From positions 315,113-379,112 of the forward strand of contig CAYFGE010000001.1 in the NCBI GenBank assembly GCA_964342475.1: a stretch of 64,000 bases of DNA, given 5' to 3'. The translations under genes were made by a program, and so were the position numbers. The notes under the pieces are model-generated. The model made no database searches, was not told the DNA's origin, and saw only the letters and a list, made by a program, of their open reading frames with translations. Below are positions 7,697-17,800 of this stretch, piece after piece. Position 1 is the stretch's first letter; every line of letters starts with the position of its first letter. Source of the DNA: an uncultured Planctomycetales bacterium. GTDB lineage: Bacteria > Planctomycetota > UBA1135.

Positions 7697-9268
7697 ATGC
7701 TCCAGTCCACTCTCGAGATCACCCCCTTCCAGAACGAGCCCTTCACCGACTTCTCCGCCGAGGAGAACGCCAAGGCCTTCCAGGAGTCGCTCGCCAAGGT
7801 CGAGGCCTCCTTCCCCGTCGTCGTGCGCAGCTGGATCGACGGCGACGAGGGCGAGGGCGGCTCCGGCACCTTCGAGTCGGTCGACCCGAGCCAGGTCTCG
7901 CGCGTCGTCGCCAACTCGGCCAAGTGCAGCCGCGACGACGCCCTGCGCGCCGTGGTCGGCGCCCACAAGGCCTTCGGCGAGTGGTCGCGCAAGACGCCCG
8001 AGCAGCGCGCCGAGTACCTGTTCCAGGCCGCGCGCCTGATGCGCCTGCGCAAGCACGACTTCTCGGCCATGATGGTCTACGAGGTCGGCAAGAGCTGGGC
8101 CGAGGCCGACGGCGACACCGCCGAGGCGATCGACTTCCTCGAGTTCTACGCCCGCGAGGCGATGCGCTACGGCGGCCCGCAGCCGATCACCCCGCACCCG
8201 GTCGAGAAGAACGAGATGATCTACGTGCCGCTCGGCGTCGGCGCGGTCATCCCGCCGTGGAACTTCCCGCTGGCCATCCTGGTCGGCATGACCACCGCGG
8301 CGCTGGTCACCGGCAACACCGTGGTGCTCAAGCCGAGCAGCGACAGCCCCGGCATCGCCTCGATGTTCGTCGACCTGATGAAGGAGGTCGGCATCCCGGC
8401 CGGCGTGCTGCAGTTCGTCCCCGGCAGCGGCGGCGAGGTCGGCAACACCATCGTCGAGCACCCGCTGATCCGCTTCATCAGCTTCACCGGCTCGGCCGAG
8501 GTCGGAATGGGCATCTACGAGAAGGCGGGCAAGGTCGCCGAGGGCCAGATCTGGCTCAAGCGCGTGGTCGCCGAGATGGGCGGCAAGGACTTCATGTTCA
8601 TCGACGAGGACGCCGACCTCGACGCCGCGGCGCAGGCCACCCACGCCGCCGCCTTCGGCTTCCAGGGCCAGAAGTGCTCGGCCTGCTCGCGCCTGATCCT
8701 GCACGAGAAGATCCACGACGCCTTCATGGAGAAGTTCCTGCCGCTGGTCGAGGCCACCACGATGGGCCACCCGAGCGACGCCAAGAACTTCCTCGGCGGC
8801 ATGATCAACGAGAAGGCCCGCCAGGGCGCGCTCGACGGCATCGCCAAGGGCAAGGAGGAGGGCAACACCCTCGTGGCCGGCGGCGAGGTCGGCGAGGAGG
8901 GCGGCTGGTACCTGCAGCCGACCGTGTTCACCGGCGTGAAGCGCAGCGACCACCTGTTCCGCGAGGAGCTGTTCGCCCCGGTCCTGGCCGTCCACCAGGT
9001 CGCCAGCTTCGAGGAGGGCATCGAGGCCGCCAACGACACGATCTTCGGCCTGACCGGCAGCTACTTCGGCCGCGACGAGGAGAAGATCGCCACCGCGCGC
9101 CGCGAGCTGTTCTGCGGCAACCTCTACATCAACCGCAAGTGCACCGGCGCGCTGGTCGGGGTCAACCCCTTCGGCGGCTTCAACATGTCGGGCACCGACT
9201 CGAAGGCCGGCGGCCGGGACTACCTGCTCCTGTTCCTGCAGGCCAAGTCGATCAGCCGGCTGAAGTGA
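7697..9268 (+). CDS. pruA: L-glutamate gamma-semialdehyde (1-pyrroline-5-carboxylate) dehydrogenase
   Basis: 523-aa aldehyde dehydrogenase with ...VAEMGGKDFMFID... and ...GFQGQKCSACSRL.... The N-terminus ITPFQNEPFTDF is typical of the RocA/PruA type. Confidence 0.9.
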   Translation: MLQSTLEITPFQNEPFTDFSAEENAKAFQESLAKVEASFPVVVRSWIDGDEGEGGSGTFESVDPSQVSRVVANSAKCSRDDALRAVVGAHKAFGEWSRKTPEQRAEYLFQAARLMRLRKHDFSAMMVYEVGKSWAEADGDTAEAIDFLEFYAREAMRYGGPQPITPHPVEKNEMIYVPLGVGAVIPPWNFPLAILVGMTTAALVTGNTVVLKPSSDSPGIASMFVDLMKEVGIPAGVLQFVPGSGGEVGNTIVEHPLIRFISFTGSAEVGMGIYEKAGKVAEGQIWLKRVVAEMGGKDFMFIDEDADLDAAAQATHAAAFGFQGQKCSACSRLILHEKIHDAFMEKFLPLVEATTMGHPSDAKNFLGGMINEKARQGALDGIAKGKEEGNTLVAGGEVGEEGGWYLQPTVFTGVKRSDHLFREELFAPVLAVHQVASFEEGIEAANDTIFGLTGSYFGRDEEKIATARRELFCGNLYINRKCTGALVGVNPFGGFNMSGTDSKAGGRDYLLLFLQAKSISRLK

Positions 9269-9285
9269 GCCCCGCGGGGGCCGCA

Positions 9286-9318
9286 GGCGGGCGGGGGCGC
9301 GGCGCGCTCCCGCCCGCC
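9286..9318 (+). terminator. GC hairpin downstream of pruA
   Basis: ggcgggcgggggcgc-ggc-gcgctcccgcccgcc has 15-nt arms with one mismatch. It begins 18 nt after the pruA stop and sits directly upstream of the TAGACT box of the next gene. No U-tract. Confidence 0.4.
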
Positions 9319-9330
9319 GCGCGCTCCGGC

Positions 9331-9336
9331 TAGACT
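9331..9336 (+). promoter_or_regulatory. -10-like box TAGACT, 6 nt from the ATG of the NapF-like gene
   Basis: ggc-TAGACT-cctgcc-ATG (9343). Confidence 0.45.
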
Positions 9337-9342
9337 CCTGCC

Positions 9343-9960
9343 ATGGCCGAGGAGCCGCTCGACCGCCGCGCCTTCTTCCGACGCGGCCTGCGCACGCTGC
9401 TCGACACCGTCAGCGAGACGGTGAAGGCCACGCGCGGCCTCGGCGGAGGCCGCCCCGCGCCCGCCCCGCTGCGGCGGCTGCGCCCGCCCGGCGCCCTGCC
9501 GGAGGCCGACTTCCTCGCCGCCTGCACGCGCTGCGACGACTGCGTCAGCGCCTGCCCGGCGGCCTGCATCGTGCGCGTGCCGGCCGGCGAGCCCGACGCC
9601 GGCACCCCGGTCATCGTGCCCGACGCCCGCGCCTGCGTGCTGTGCTCCGGCCTGAACTGCACCCGGGTGTGCGAGCCCGGCGCGCTGCGCCCGCTGCACG
9701 CCCCGGAGCAGGTCCGCATCGGCGTCGCGGCGGTCGACCGCGACCTGTGCTACCCGTGGATCGGCAGCTACTGCTCCGCCTGCCTGTCGATCTGTCCGAC
9801 CGAGCCGAAGGCCATCGTGGTCGACGAGCAGCAGCGGCCGGGCGTGGACACCGCGCTGTGCACCGGCTGCGGCCTGTGCGAAGAGCGTTGCCCCACCGTG
9901 CCGCGCGCCGTCACCATCCAGGTCGTCGACCGTCTCCTCCCCCGCCCCGCCGCGAGCTGA
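9343..9960 (+). CDS. NapF-like 4Fe-4S ferredoxin-type protein
   Basis: 205 aa. It has an RRAFFRRG Tat-like motif followed by four Cys clusters: CTRCDDCVSACP, CVLCSGLNCTRVCEP, CYPWIGSYCSACLSICP and CTGCGLCEERCP. The layout resembles E. coli NapF, recalled from memory. Confidence 0.75.
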   Translation: MAEEPLDRRAFFRRGLRTLLDTVSETVKATRGLGGGRPAPAPLRRLRPPGALPEADFLAACTRCDDCVSACPAACIVRVPAGEPDAGTPVIVPDARACVLCSGLNCTRVCEPGALRPLHAPEQVRIGVAAVDRDLCYPWIGSYCSACLSICPTEPKAIVVDEQQRPGVDTALCTGCGLCEERCPTVPRAVTIQVVDRLLPRPAAS

Positions 9961-9963
9961 CCC

Positions 9964-10761
9964 GTGTCGCAGAACAGCCGCCGCATCGAGCCCGTCCCCG
10001 AGCACTTCGACCCCGACGAGGTCTTCGACCCGCAGCGCGAGGCGCGCCCGGTGCTCGCGCTCTGGCTCCTGGTCGGTCCGCTGCTCGGCGCGGTCGGCAC
10101 CGTCGGCTGGCTGCGCCTCGTCGCCGGGGTGCCTCTGCCGCTTCCGGACGAGCTCGACGGCGGGGCGCTGCTCGTGGACACCCTGCTGCTCCTCCTCTTC
10201 GTCGTCCCCCACTCGCTGCTGGCGCGCGGCTCGGGGCGGGTGCTGCTCAACCGGCCCTTCGGCCCGAGCGGCGAGCGCCCGCTCTACGTGTTGGTGGCCG
10301 GCGTGACCCTCAGCCTGCTCGTGCTCGGCTGGCGCACCACGGGGCCGGTGCTGTGGGACTACGACGGCGCGGCCAAGATCGCCGCCCGCGGGGTGCAGGC
10401 GCTAGGCCTGCTGCTCGCCACCTGGGCCACGCTGCTCACCGGCGCCGGGCGGATGCTCGGCCTGCCCCACCTGCGCGCGCTCGAGAACGGCACCCAGCCG
10501 CCCTCGCGCGAGCTGATCGCCCTGCCGCCCTACCGCTGGGTGCGCCAGCCGGTGAACCTCGGCTTCCTGCTCATGATGGCGGCGATGCCGGAGGGCACCC
10601 CCGACCGGCTGCTGCTCGCCGTGGGCTTCGGCCTGTGGATCCTGGTCAGCGTGCCCTTCGAGGAGCGCGACCACGAGCCGACCTTCGGCAAGGCCTACCT
10701 GCAGTACCGCGGCCGCACGCCGCGCTGGATCCCGCGCTTCCGCGCCCGCGACGAGGAGTGA
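9964..10761 (+). CDS. ICMT/PEMT-superfamily (MddA-like) membrane methyltransferase
   Basis: 265-aa multi-TM protein with the C-terminal signature ...YRWVRQPVNLGFLLMMAAM...FEERDHEPTFGKAYLQYRGRTPRWIP. It starts at a GTG 3 nt after the ferredoxin stop. Confidence 0.65.
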   Translation: MSQNSRRIEPVPEHFDPDEVFDPQREARPVLALWLLVGPLLGAVGTVGWLRLVAGVPLPLPDELDGGALLVDTLLLLLFVVPHSLLARGSGRVLLNRPFGPSGERPLYVLVAGVTLSLLVLGWRTTGPVLWDYDGAAKIAARGVQALGLLLATWATLLTGAGRMLGLPHLRALENGTQPPSRELIALPPYRWVRQPVNLGFLLMMAAMPEGTPDRLLLAVGFGLWILVSVPFEERDHEPTFGKAYLQYRGRTPRWIPRFRARDEE

Positions 10762-12233
10762 GCCGCGCCGCCGCGCCCGCCGCCGACGCCGCCCCCGCCC
10801 TGCCGCGCGGACTGCTGGCCGAGCTGCGCGCGATCGTCGGCCCGCGCTTCGCCCTCGACGACCCCGGCGCGCTGGCCGCCTACGAGTCGGACGCCCTGAC
10901 CCTGTTCCGCTGCCGCCCCGGCGCGGTGGTCCTGCCGGCGGACCGCGAGCAGCTGGTCGCCTGCGTGGGCGCGCTGCATGCCGCCGGCGTTGTCTTCGCC
11001 GCGCGCGGCGCCGGCACCGGGCTGTCGGGCGGCGCGCTCGTCCCCCCCGGCGGCGTGGTCCTCGGCCTGAGCCGCATGAACCGCGTGCTCGAGCTCGACC
11101 CGGCGCGCCGCTGGGCGCGGGTGGAGCCGGGGGTGGTCAACGCCGAGCTGTCGCGCGCCGCCGCGCCCTTCGGCCTGCGCTACGCCCCCGACCCGGCCAG
11201 CCAGACCGTCTGCACGCTCGGCGGCAACCTGGCCGAGAACTCCGGCGGGCCGCAGTGCTTCCTGCACGGCATGACCGGCCAGCACGTGCTGGCCGCGGAG
11301 GTCGTCCTGCCCGACGGCCGCGTCGAGACCTGGGGCAGCGGCCTCGCCGAGCAGGAGGACCTCGACCTGCGCGGCTTCCTGGTCGGGTCGGAGGGCAGCG
11401 TCGCCATCGCCGCCTCGATCGAGCTGCGCCTGATCCCGGCGGCGGAGGCCGTCGCCACCCTGCTCGGCGCCTACCCCACGATCCGCGCCGCCTGCGAGAC
11501 GGTGGCCGAGATCGTCGCCGCCGGCCTGCGGCCCGTGGCGCTCGAGGTGATGGACCAGCGCGCCGTGCAGGCGGTCGAGAACTCGGTCTACCGCGCCGGG
11601 CTGCCGACCGAGGCCGGCGCCGTGCTGCTGGTCGAGGTCGAGGGCCCGGTCGCGCGCGTCGACGGCGAGGCGGCCGAGATCGAGGCCATCCTGCGCCGGC
11701 GCGATCCGCTGCGCGTGCAGCGCGCGGCCGACGCCGCCGAGCGCGCCGCGATCTGGAAGGGGCGCAAGGGAGCCGGCGGCGCGATGGGCCAGCTCGCGCC
11801 CGACAGCCTGGTCATGGACGGCGTGGTGCCGCGCGCCCGCCTGGCCGAGATCATGGCCTACGTCGAGGAGGTGGCCCAGGACGCCGGGCTGCCGGTGGCC
11901 AACCTGTTCCACGCCGGCGACGGCAACATCCACCCGCACTTCAGCTTCGACGCGCGCGACCCCGACCAGGCCCGCCGCGTCGAGGAGGCCGGCGCGCGCA
12001 TCCTGCGGCGCTGCCTCGAGCTCGGCGGCTCGCTGAGCGGCGAGCACGGCATCGGTCTGGAGAAGGAGGAACTGCTCGCCGAACAGTTCGACGCCGCGAC
12101 CCTCGACTTGATGCGCCGGGTGCGCGCGGTCTTCGACCCCGGCGAGCGCCTCAACCCCGGCCGCGGGCTGCCGCTGCCGCGCGGCTGCGCCGAGGCCTTC
12201 CGCCGCCACCGGAGGACGCCGGATGAACGCTGA
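10758..12233 (+). CDS. glcD: Glycolate oxidase / FAD-linked oxidase subunit GlcD
   Basis: The GTG at 10758 overlaps the upstream TGA as GTGA. The product reads ...LLAELRAIVGPRFALDDPGALAAYESDAL...GAGTGLSGGA...SGEHGIGLEKEELL. Confidence 0.85.
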   Translation: MSRAAAPAADAAPALPRGLLAELRAIVGPRFALDDPGALAAYESDALTLFRCRPGAVVLPADREQLVACVGALHAAGVVFAARGAGTGLSGGALVPPGGVVLGLSRMNRVLELDPARRWARVEPGVVNAELSRAAAPFGLRYAPDPASQTVCTLGGNLAENSGGPQCFLHGMTGQHVLAAEVVLPDGRVETWGSGLAEQEDLDLRGFLVGSEGSVAIAASIELRLIPAAEAVATLLGAYPTIRAACETVAEIVAAGLRPVALEVMDQRAVQAVENSVYRAGLPTEAGAVLLVEVEGPVARVDGEAAEIEAILRRRDPLRVQRAADAAERAAIWKGRKGAGGAMGQLAPDSLVMDGVVPRARLAEIMAYVEEVAQDAGLPVANLFHAGDGNIHPHFSFDARDPDQARRVEEAGARILRRCLELGGSLSGEHGIGLEKEELLAEQFDAATLDLMRRVRAVFDPGERLNPGRGLPLPRGCAEAFRRHRRTPDER

Positions 12234-13170
12234 GCTGCTCGCGCCGGCCACCGCCGCCGAGGCGGCCGAGGCGATCCGCGCCGCTCAGGCCGAGGGCGTG
12301 TCGCTGCTCCCTTGCGGGCGACGCTCCCGCCTGGCGCGCCACGCGCCCGACGCCGCGCCCGCGCGCTGGCTGTCCACGACGGCGATGGACCGGGTCGTCG
12401 AGTTCGACGCCGAGGACCAGACCTGCGTGGTCGAGGCCGGCCTCTCCCCCGCCGCGCTCGACGCGGCCGCCGCCGAGCACGGCCTGGAACTCGGCGTCTG
12501 CTCGCCCGGCGCCGCCGCGGGCACGCTGGGCGGCCTGTTCCTCGCGCCGGAGCTCAGCCTGGCCACGGCCTTCTTCGGCCCGCCACGCGACCAGGTGCTC
12601 GGCGCCGAGTGGCTGCTCGCCGACGGCACCGCGGTGCGGACCGGCGCGCGGGTGGTGAAGTCGGTCGCCGGCTACGACCTCACACGCCTGTTCCTCGGTA
12701 GCCGCGGCCGGCTGGCGCTGTGCACGCGGCTGATCCTGCGCCTGCGCCCGCGGCCGCGGCGGCCGCTGTGGTGCCGCGGCCCGGCGGACGCGGTCGGCGC
12801 CCTGCCGGCGCCGCGGCTGGCCTTCCAGTCCGGCCCCGGAGCGGAGGCCTGCGCGCTGCTCGAAGGCGTGGCCGAGCCCGGCGCCCCAGGCTGGCGCGCG
12901 ATCGATCCGGCCGAGGGCGAGGCGGCGCGCGACGCCGTCCTGCGTGCCTTCGCCGAGGCGCCCCGCCGCGCGAGCTGGCCCGCCGGTCGCGAGGCAGCCG
13001 CCCTCCCCTGGCCGCGCGACCTCCTCGGGCTGCAGGCGCCCCTGCCCGGTGGCGGACCGCCGCCCGCGGGCGCGCACGTCTTCCCCCCGGGAGCTCCGTC
13101 CCCGTGGCTCGAGGCGATCCAGCAGGCCTGCGCCCCCGGCGCGCTCCCCTTCGGCGGGAGGCCCGCATGA
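12223..13170 (+). CDS. glcE: Glycolate oxidase FAD-binding subunit GlcE-like
   Basis: 315 aa, ...VVEFDAEDQTCVVEAGLSPAALDAAAAEHGLEL...VKSVAGYDLTRLFLGSRGRLAL.... A GGAGGA SD lies 7 nt upstream and the start overlaps the glcD 3' end. Confidence 0.7.
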   Translation: MNAELLAPATAAEAAEAIRAAQAEGVSLLPCGRRSRLARHAPDAAPARWLSTTAMDRVVEFDAEDQTCVVEAGLSPAALDAAAAEHGLELGVCSPGAAAGTLGGLFLAPELSLATAFFGPPRDQVLGAEWLLADGTAVRTGARVVKSVAGYDLTRLFLGSRGRLALCTRLILRLRPRPRRPLWCRGPADAVGALPAPRLAFQSGPGAEACALLEGVAEPGAPGWRAIDPAEGEAARDAVLRAFAEAPRRASWPAGREAAALPWPRDLLGLQAPLPGGGPPPAGAHVFPPGAPSPWLEAIQQACAPGALPFGGRPA

Positions 13171-14429
13171 GCGGGACGCGCGCCCCGCTGCCGCCGGACG
13201 ACCCGCTGGCCGGCGTCCCGCAGCTGCTCGACTGCATGCACTGCGGCCTGTGCCTGCAGGAGTGCCCGACCTACCGCGCGACCGGCCTCGAGACCGAATC
13301 GCCGCGCGGGCGGCTGTTCCTCATGCGCGCGGTGACCGAGGGCCGGATCGAGGCCGCGGCCGCCACCGGCGCGCTCGACCGCTGCCTGCAGTGCCGCGCC
13401 TGCGAGCCGGTGTGCCCGTCCAAGGTCGGCTACGCGCACGCGCTGGAGCGCTTCCGCGAGGGCTCGACGCCGACCGTGCTGCGCGCGGCCCTGCGCTCGC
13501 TGCTGCCGGTGCGCAGCCGCCTGCGGGTCCTCGGCCTGCTCCTGCGCCTGGCCCGGCGCAGCGGCCTCCTGCGCCTGTTCGAGCGGCGCGGCGGGCCGCA
13601 GCGCAGCGACGGCCGCAGCGGCCTGCGCGACCGCCTCGACGCGCTGGCCGCAGCGGTGCCTGCGCGGCCGGAGCGCTTCGTGCCGCGCGCAGGCAGCCGC
13701 TTCGCCGCCCGCGGCGAGGCGCGCGGCCGCGTCGCCCTCCACCTCGGCTGCGCGCAGGCCGAGCTGCTCGGCGGCGTGCTGCGCGACACCGTTCGGCTGC
13801 TCACCGCGCAGGGCTTCGAGGTGGTCGTCCCCGAACAGCCGTCCTGCTGCGGCGCGCTGCACGCCCACGCCGGCGACGCCGCGCACGGCGGGGAGCTGGC
13901 CGAGGCGACCGCCGCGGCCTTCGCGCGCGCGCAGGCGGAGTCCGGTCCGGTCGACGCCGTTCTCGTCCCGGCCGCGGGCTGCCTGGCCCACCTCCTCGAG
14001 CGGGTCCCGCAGGCCGCCTTCCGCGAGCCGGTGCTGTTCCTCGCCGAGGCCGGCTGGCGCGGCGCGATGGCGCCGGTGCCCGGCCGCGTCGCCTACGACC
14101 CGCCCTGCCACCTGCAGAACGTGGTCGGCGGCGGCGAGGCGATCCCCGCCCTGCTCGCGCGCGTCCCCGGCCTCGAGCTGCGCGAGCACCTTGGCGCGCG
14201 CCACTGCTGCGGCGCCGGCGGCGTGGCCTTCGCGCGCGAGCCCGTCGCCGCCTTCCCGGTGACCGCGGGCAAGGTCGGAGAGCTGCGGGCCTGCGGCGCG
14301 CAGACCGTCGCCACCGGCAACCCCGGCTGCATGATGCGCCTCGAGGCCGAGCTGCGCCGCACCGGCGGCGGCGTCGAGGTGGTCCACCCGGTGACGCTGC
14401 TCGCGCGCGCCGCCGGACCCGAGGCCTAG
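13167..14429 (+). CDS. glcF: Glycolate oxidase iron-sulfur subunit GlcF
   Basis: ATG at 13167 forms an ATGA overlap with glcE. Motifs present: CMHCGLCLQECPTY, CLQCRACEPVCPS and two CCG-type motifs (PSCCGALHAH, RHCCGAGG). Confidence 0.85.
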   Translation: MSGTRAPLPPDDPLAGVPQLLDCMHCGLCLQECPTYRATGLETESPRGRLFLMRAVTEGRIEAAAATGALDRCLQCRACEPVCPSKVGYAHALERFREGSTPTVLRAALRSLLPVRSRLRVLGLLLRLARRSGLLRLFERRGGPQRSDGRSGLRDRLDALAAAVPARPERFVPRAGSRFAARGEARGRVALHLGCAQAELLGGVLRDTVRLLTAQGFEVVVPEQPSCCGALHAHAGDAAHGGELAEATAAAFARAQAESGPVDAVLVPAAGCLAHLLERVPQAAFREPVLFLAEAGWRGAMAPVPGRVAYDPPCHLQNVVGGGEAIPALLARVPGLELREHLGARHCCGAGGVAFAREPVAAFPVTAGKVGELRACGAQTVATGNPGCMMRLEAELRRTGGGVEVVHPVTLLARAAGPEA

Positions 14430-14830
14430 CCCTCGAGCGGGACCGCGGTCAGGAACATCCAGCCGGCGGTGGCCACGGCGAGCACGACGAGGACCACGAA
14501 GCCGGCCACCCAGCGGCGGTGCACCGGGCGCGCGACGCGGCCGCGCGCGAGGCCGACCCCGGACCAGGCGACGCCCGGCAGCGCGCCGAGGGCGGCGAAG
14601 GCGAAGCCGAGGTGGACGTTCAGACGCATCGCGTCGAACTCGAAGCCGCGGCCGAACAGCTCGGCCTGCACGATGGCCAGCAGCAGCGCGACCGTGGTCG
14701 CGGCGACCAGCGTGTAGTGGAGGCGGCGGCGGCCGGCCCGTCCGCTGGCGAGGGTGAGGGCCAGCAGGGCGACGGTGACGGCCAGGTTGGCGAGGAACAG
14801 CGGACCGGACAAGGGGCGGCAGAATACCAT
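14426..14830 (-). CDS. Small hypothetical membrane protein (about 4 TM helices)
   Basis: This is the C-terminal 134 codons of track ORF 14426..16780. Codon-position-3 G/C is high only downstream of ATG 14830. It has hydrophobic helices (LFLANLAVTVALLALTLA, HYTLVAATTVALLLAIV, VHLGFAFAALGALPGVAW, VAGFVVLVVLAVATAGWMF). I recognise no family. Confidence 0.5.
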   Translation of the reverse strand: MVFCRPLSGPLFLANLAVTVALLALTLASGRAGRRRLHYTLVAATTVALLLAIVQAELFGRGFEFDAMRLNVHLGFAFAALGALPGVAWSGVGLARGRVARPVHRRWVAGFVVLVVLAVATAGWMFLTAVPLEG

Positions 14831-14836
14831 CCGCTC

Positions 14837-17800
14837 ATGCCCGCCACCCCGGCTCTGCTCTTCGCATTCCTCTCGCTGTTCGCCGCGCAGGAGCCGCGCG
14901 AAGGCGACCTGGTGCTGCGCGACCTGCGCTGCTGGACCGGCCCCGGCGAGGTCTCGGCGCCGCGCACCCTGCTCGTGCAGGACGGACGCGCCTTCCCGGT
15001 CGAGGACCTGGACAGCGCGCTGCGCCGCGCTCCCGGCGCGCGCGTCGTGGTGGCCGAGGAGGACTGGATCCTCTACCCGGGCCTGGTCCACGCCGACTTC
15101 TCCGCCGAGTTCGACGCGCCCGAGGAAAGCCCCTACGCCGAGCGCGCCACCGACACGCGGGAGGACGTGATGCCGGCCATGGAGTACGGCGCGCGGCGCG
15201 CGCTGCGCGGCTGGCTGAACGCCGCCGACGTGGCCGTGTGGAAGCCCGAGCAGGGAGAGAGCTGGCGCGAGGCCGGCTTCACCACCGCGCACCTCGTGCC
15301 GAAGGCGGGCGTGCTCGCCGGACGCAGCGCGCTGGTCTCGCTGAACGGCGAGCCGCTCGGCGGCGCGCTGCTCGCGCGCGAGGGCCGCGTGGTCCACGGC
15401 CTGCGCGGCCGCGGCGGCTATCCCGGCACGCCGATGGCGGCGCTCGCCCTGCTGCGCCAGCTCTTCCTCGACGCCGACCGCGCGCGCGCCGGCCACGGCA
15501 GCCGCTTCGAGTCCCCCGACCTGGCGGCGGTCGGTGACGGCATCTTCCTGGCCGACAGCCCGCGCGCGATCGAGAACGTGCTCGACCTGCTGCGCGACCA
15601 CGCCGGCGGCGGCGCCGGCTCGGTGGTGCTCGGCGGCAGCGGCGCCTGGAAGCACGCCGAGCGTCTGCGTGCTCAGGGCGTCGGCGTGGTCTTCGTGCTC
15701 GACCTGGACGAGGCGCCGAAGGGCGACGACGAGCTGAAGACGGCCCCCGAGGACGCGCGCCCCTGGTGGCAGGCGCCGCCGCGGCTGCGCGAGGAGCTGC
15801 GCCGCGAGCACGCCGAGACCGTCGCCGAGTTCCGCCGCCTGCGCGAGGCCGGCGTGGCCTGCGCGCTGGCCCCGAGCGGCAGCGCCAAGGCCTGGCGCGA
15901 GGCGGTCGCGCAGCTCGTCGAGGACGGCCTCGACGCCGAGGAGCTGATCGCAGCGACGAGCCGCGACGTGCTCGCCGTGCTCGGCCTGGCCACGGATCCG
16001 GCTGCCGCCGACTTCGTCGTCTCGCGCGGCCCGCTCGATCCCGCCGACCCCGACCTCGCCTGGGTCCTGGCCGGCGGCGCCGCCTGGGAGTGGCTCGCCG
16101 AGGACGATGAGACGGAGGGCGCGGAGGGCGCCGCCCCCGCCGCCGACAGCGGCTCGATGGCCGGCGACTGGCTGGTGTCCTTCGACACGCCGATGGGCGC
16201 GCAGGAGTTCGGCATGGAGCTCGTCCCCGACGAGGGCGGCGTGCTGCTGTTCGACCCGAAGGACCCGAGCGGCCGCGAGGAGGCCCGCGACATCCGCTAC
16301 CGCGACGGCGGCGTGAGCTTCGGCTTCACCCCGCCGGACTTCAACATGCCGATGGAGCTGAGCGTGACGCTCGGCGCCGACGACGGCCGCGGCACGCTGA
16401 AGATCCCCGGGATGGGCGTCGAGCTGCCGGTGGAGGTCGAGCGGATGGCGGACGAGAGCGCCGCGCCGCCCGCGGCCGCGCCGGTTGCCGAGGCCGACGA
16501 CGACGCGGCGGAAGAGGCCGCGTCCGACCCCGCCCTCGGCCACCCCGCCTGGCCGGTCGAGACCCGCGCCGACCGCGCTCCCGCGCACGCGCTGGCCGGC
16601 GAGGTGCTGCTGCGCGGCGGCACCCTGTGGACGATGACCGGTGACGAGCCGGCCGTCGGCGACCTGCTGATCCGCGACGGACGCATCGCCGCGGTCGGCG
16701 GGGCGATCGCCGCGCCGGACGGCGTCCCGGTGATCGACGCCGCCGGCTGGCACCTCATGCCCGGCATCATCGACGCGCACTCACACCTCGCGCTCGACTC
16801 GATCAACGAGGGCTCGGTGGCGATCACCGCCGAGTGCCGCGTGGGCGACATGATCCACCCCGAGGACCTCGGCATCTGGCGCGCCGCCGCCGGCGGCACC
16901 GCGGTGGTGCAGTCGCTGCACGGCTCCGCCAACCCGGTCGGCGGCCAGGCGGCGGTGTGGGAGCTCGACTACCACGCGCCGTCGATCGCCGGCCTCCTGG
17001 TGCCGGACGCCATGCAGGGCATCAAGTTCGCCCTCGGCGAGAACGTGAAGCGCTCGAACGGCAGCGGCTGGGGGCAGCGCTTCCCCGGCAGCCGCGCCGG
17101 CGTCGAGGCGGTCTACCGCCGCGCCTTCCAGCGGGCGCAGCACTACGCCGAGGAGCGCGCCGCCTTCGAGCGCGGCGAGAACCCGGGCTTCCGCCGCGAC
17201 GTGCGCCTCGAGGTGCTGGCCGGAGTGCTGGCCAACGAGATCCACATCCAGTGCCACGGCTACCGCGCCGACGAGCTGCTCATGTTCCTGCGCGTGTGCG
17301 CCGAGTTCGGCATCGAGCGCCCGACCTTCCAGCACGTGCTCGAGGGCTACAAGATCGCGCCCGAGATGGCAGCCGCCGGTGCGATGGGCTCGACCTTCTC
17401 CGACTGGTGGGCCTACAAGCTCGAGGTGATCGACGCGATCCCGTGGAACCCGGCGCTGATGCAGCGGGCCGGCGTCACCGCCTCGATCAACTCGGACAGC
17501 GACGAGATGATCCGCCGCCTGAACACCGAGGCCGGCAAGGCGCTGCGCTACGGCCGCGTCGGCTGGCAGGAGGCGATGGCCATGTGCACCACGGCCTCGG
17601 CCGAGCAGCTGCGCCTCGAGCAGCGCCTCGGCAAGCTGGCGCCGGGCTACGACGGCACGGTCAGCGTGTTCGACGCGCCGCCGCTGTCGACGCGCGCGCG
17701 CTGCGTCCTGACCCTGGCGCGCGGCCGCGTGCTGTTCGAGCGCGCCGCGGACCACGACGCGCGCTGGGCCGCCTACGCCGAGGGCGCGGCCGCCTTCGCC

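Noticed and set aside
9343-9420. Tat export signal on the NapF-like ferredoxin (RRAFFRRG)
   Set aside because: The twin-arginine motif is not followed by a convincing hydrophobic h-region or a cleavage site. NapF-type proteins are known to keep a vestigial motif while remaining cytoplasmic, so export is not claimed.
12944-14836. N-terminal 631 codons of the 2060-aa track ORF 12944..19126
   Set aside because: This part is an Arg/Pro/Ala-rich shadow frame over glcE/glcF. The real protein starts at ATG 14837, where a signal peptide and normal composition begin.
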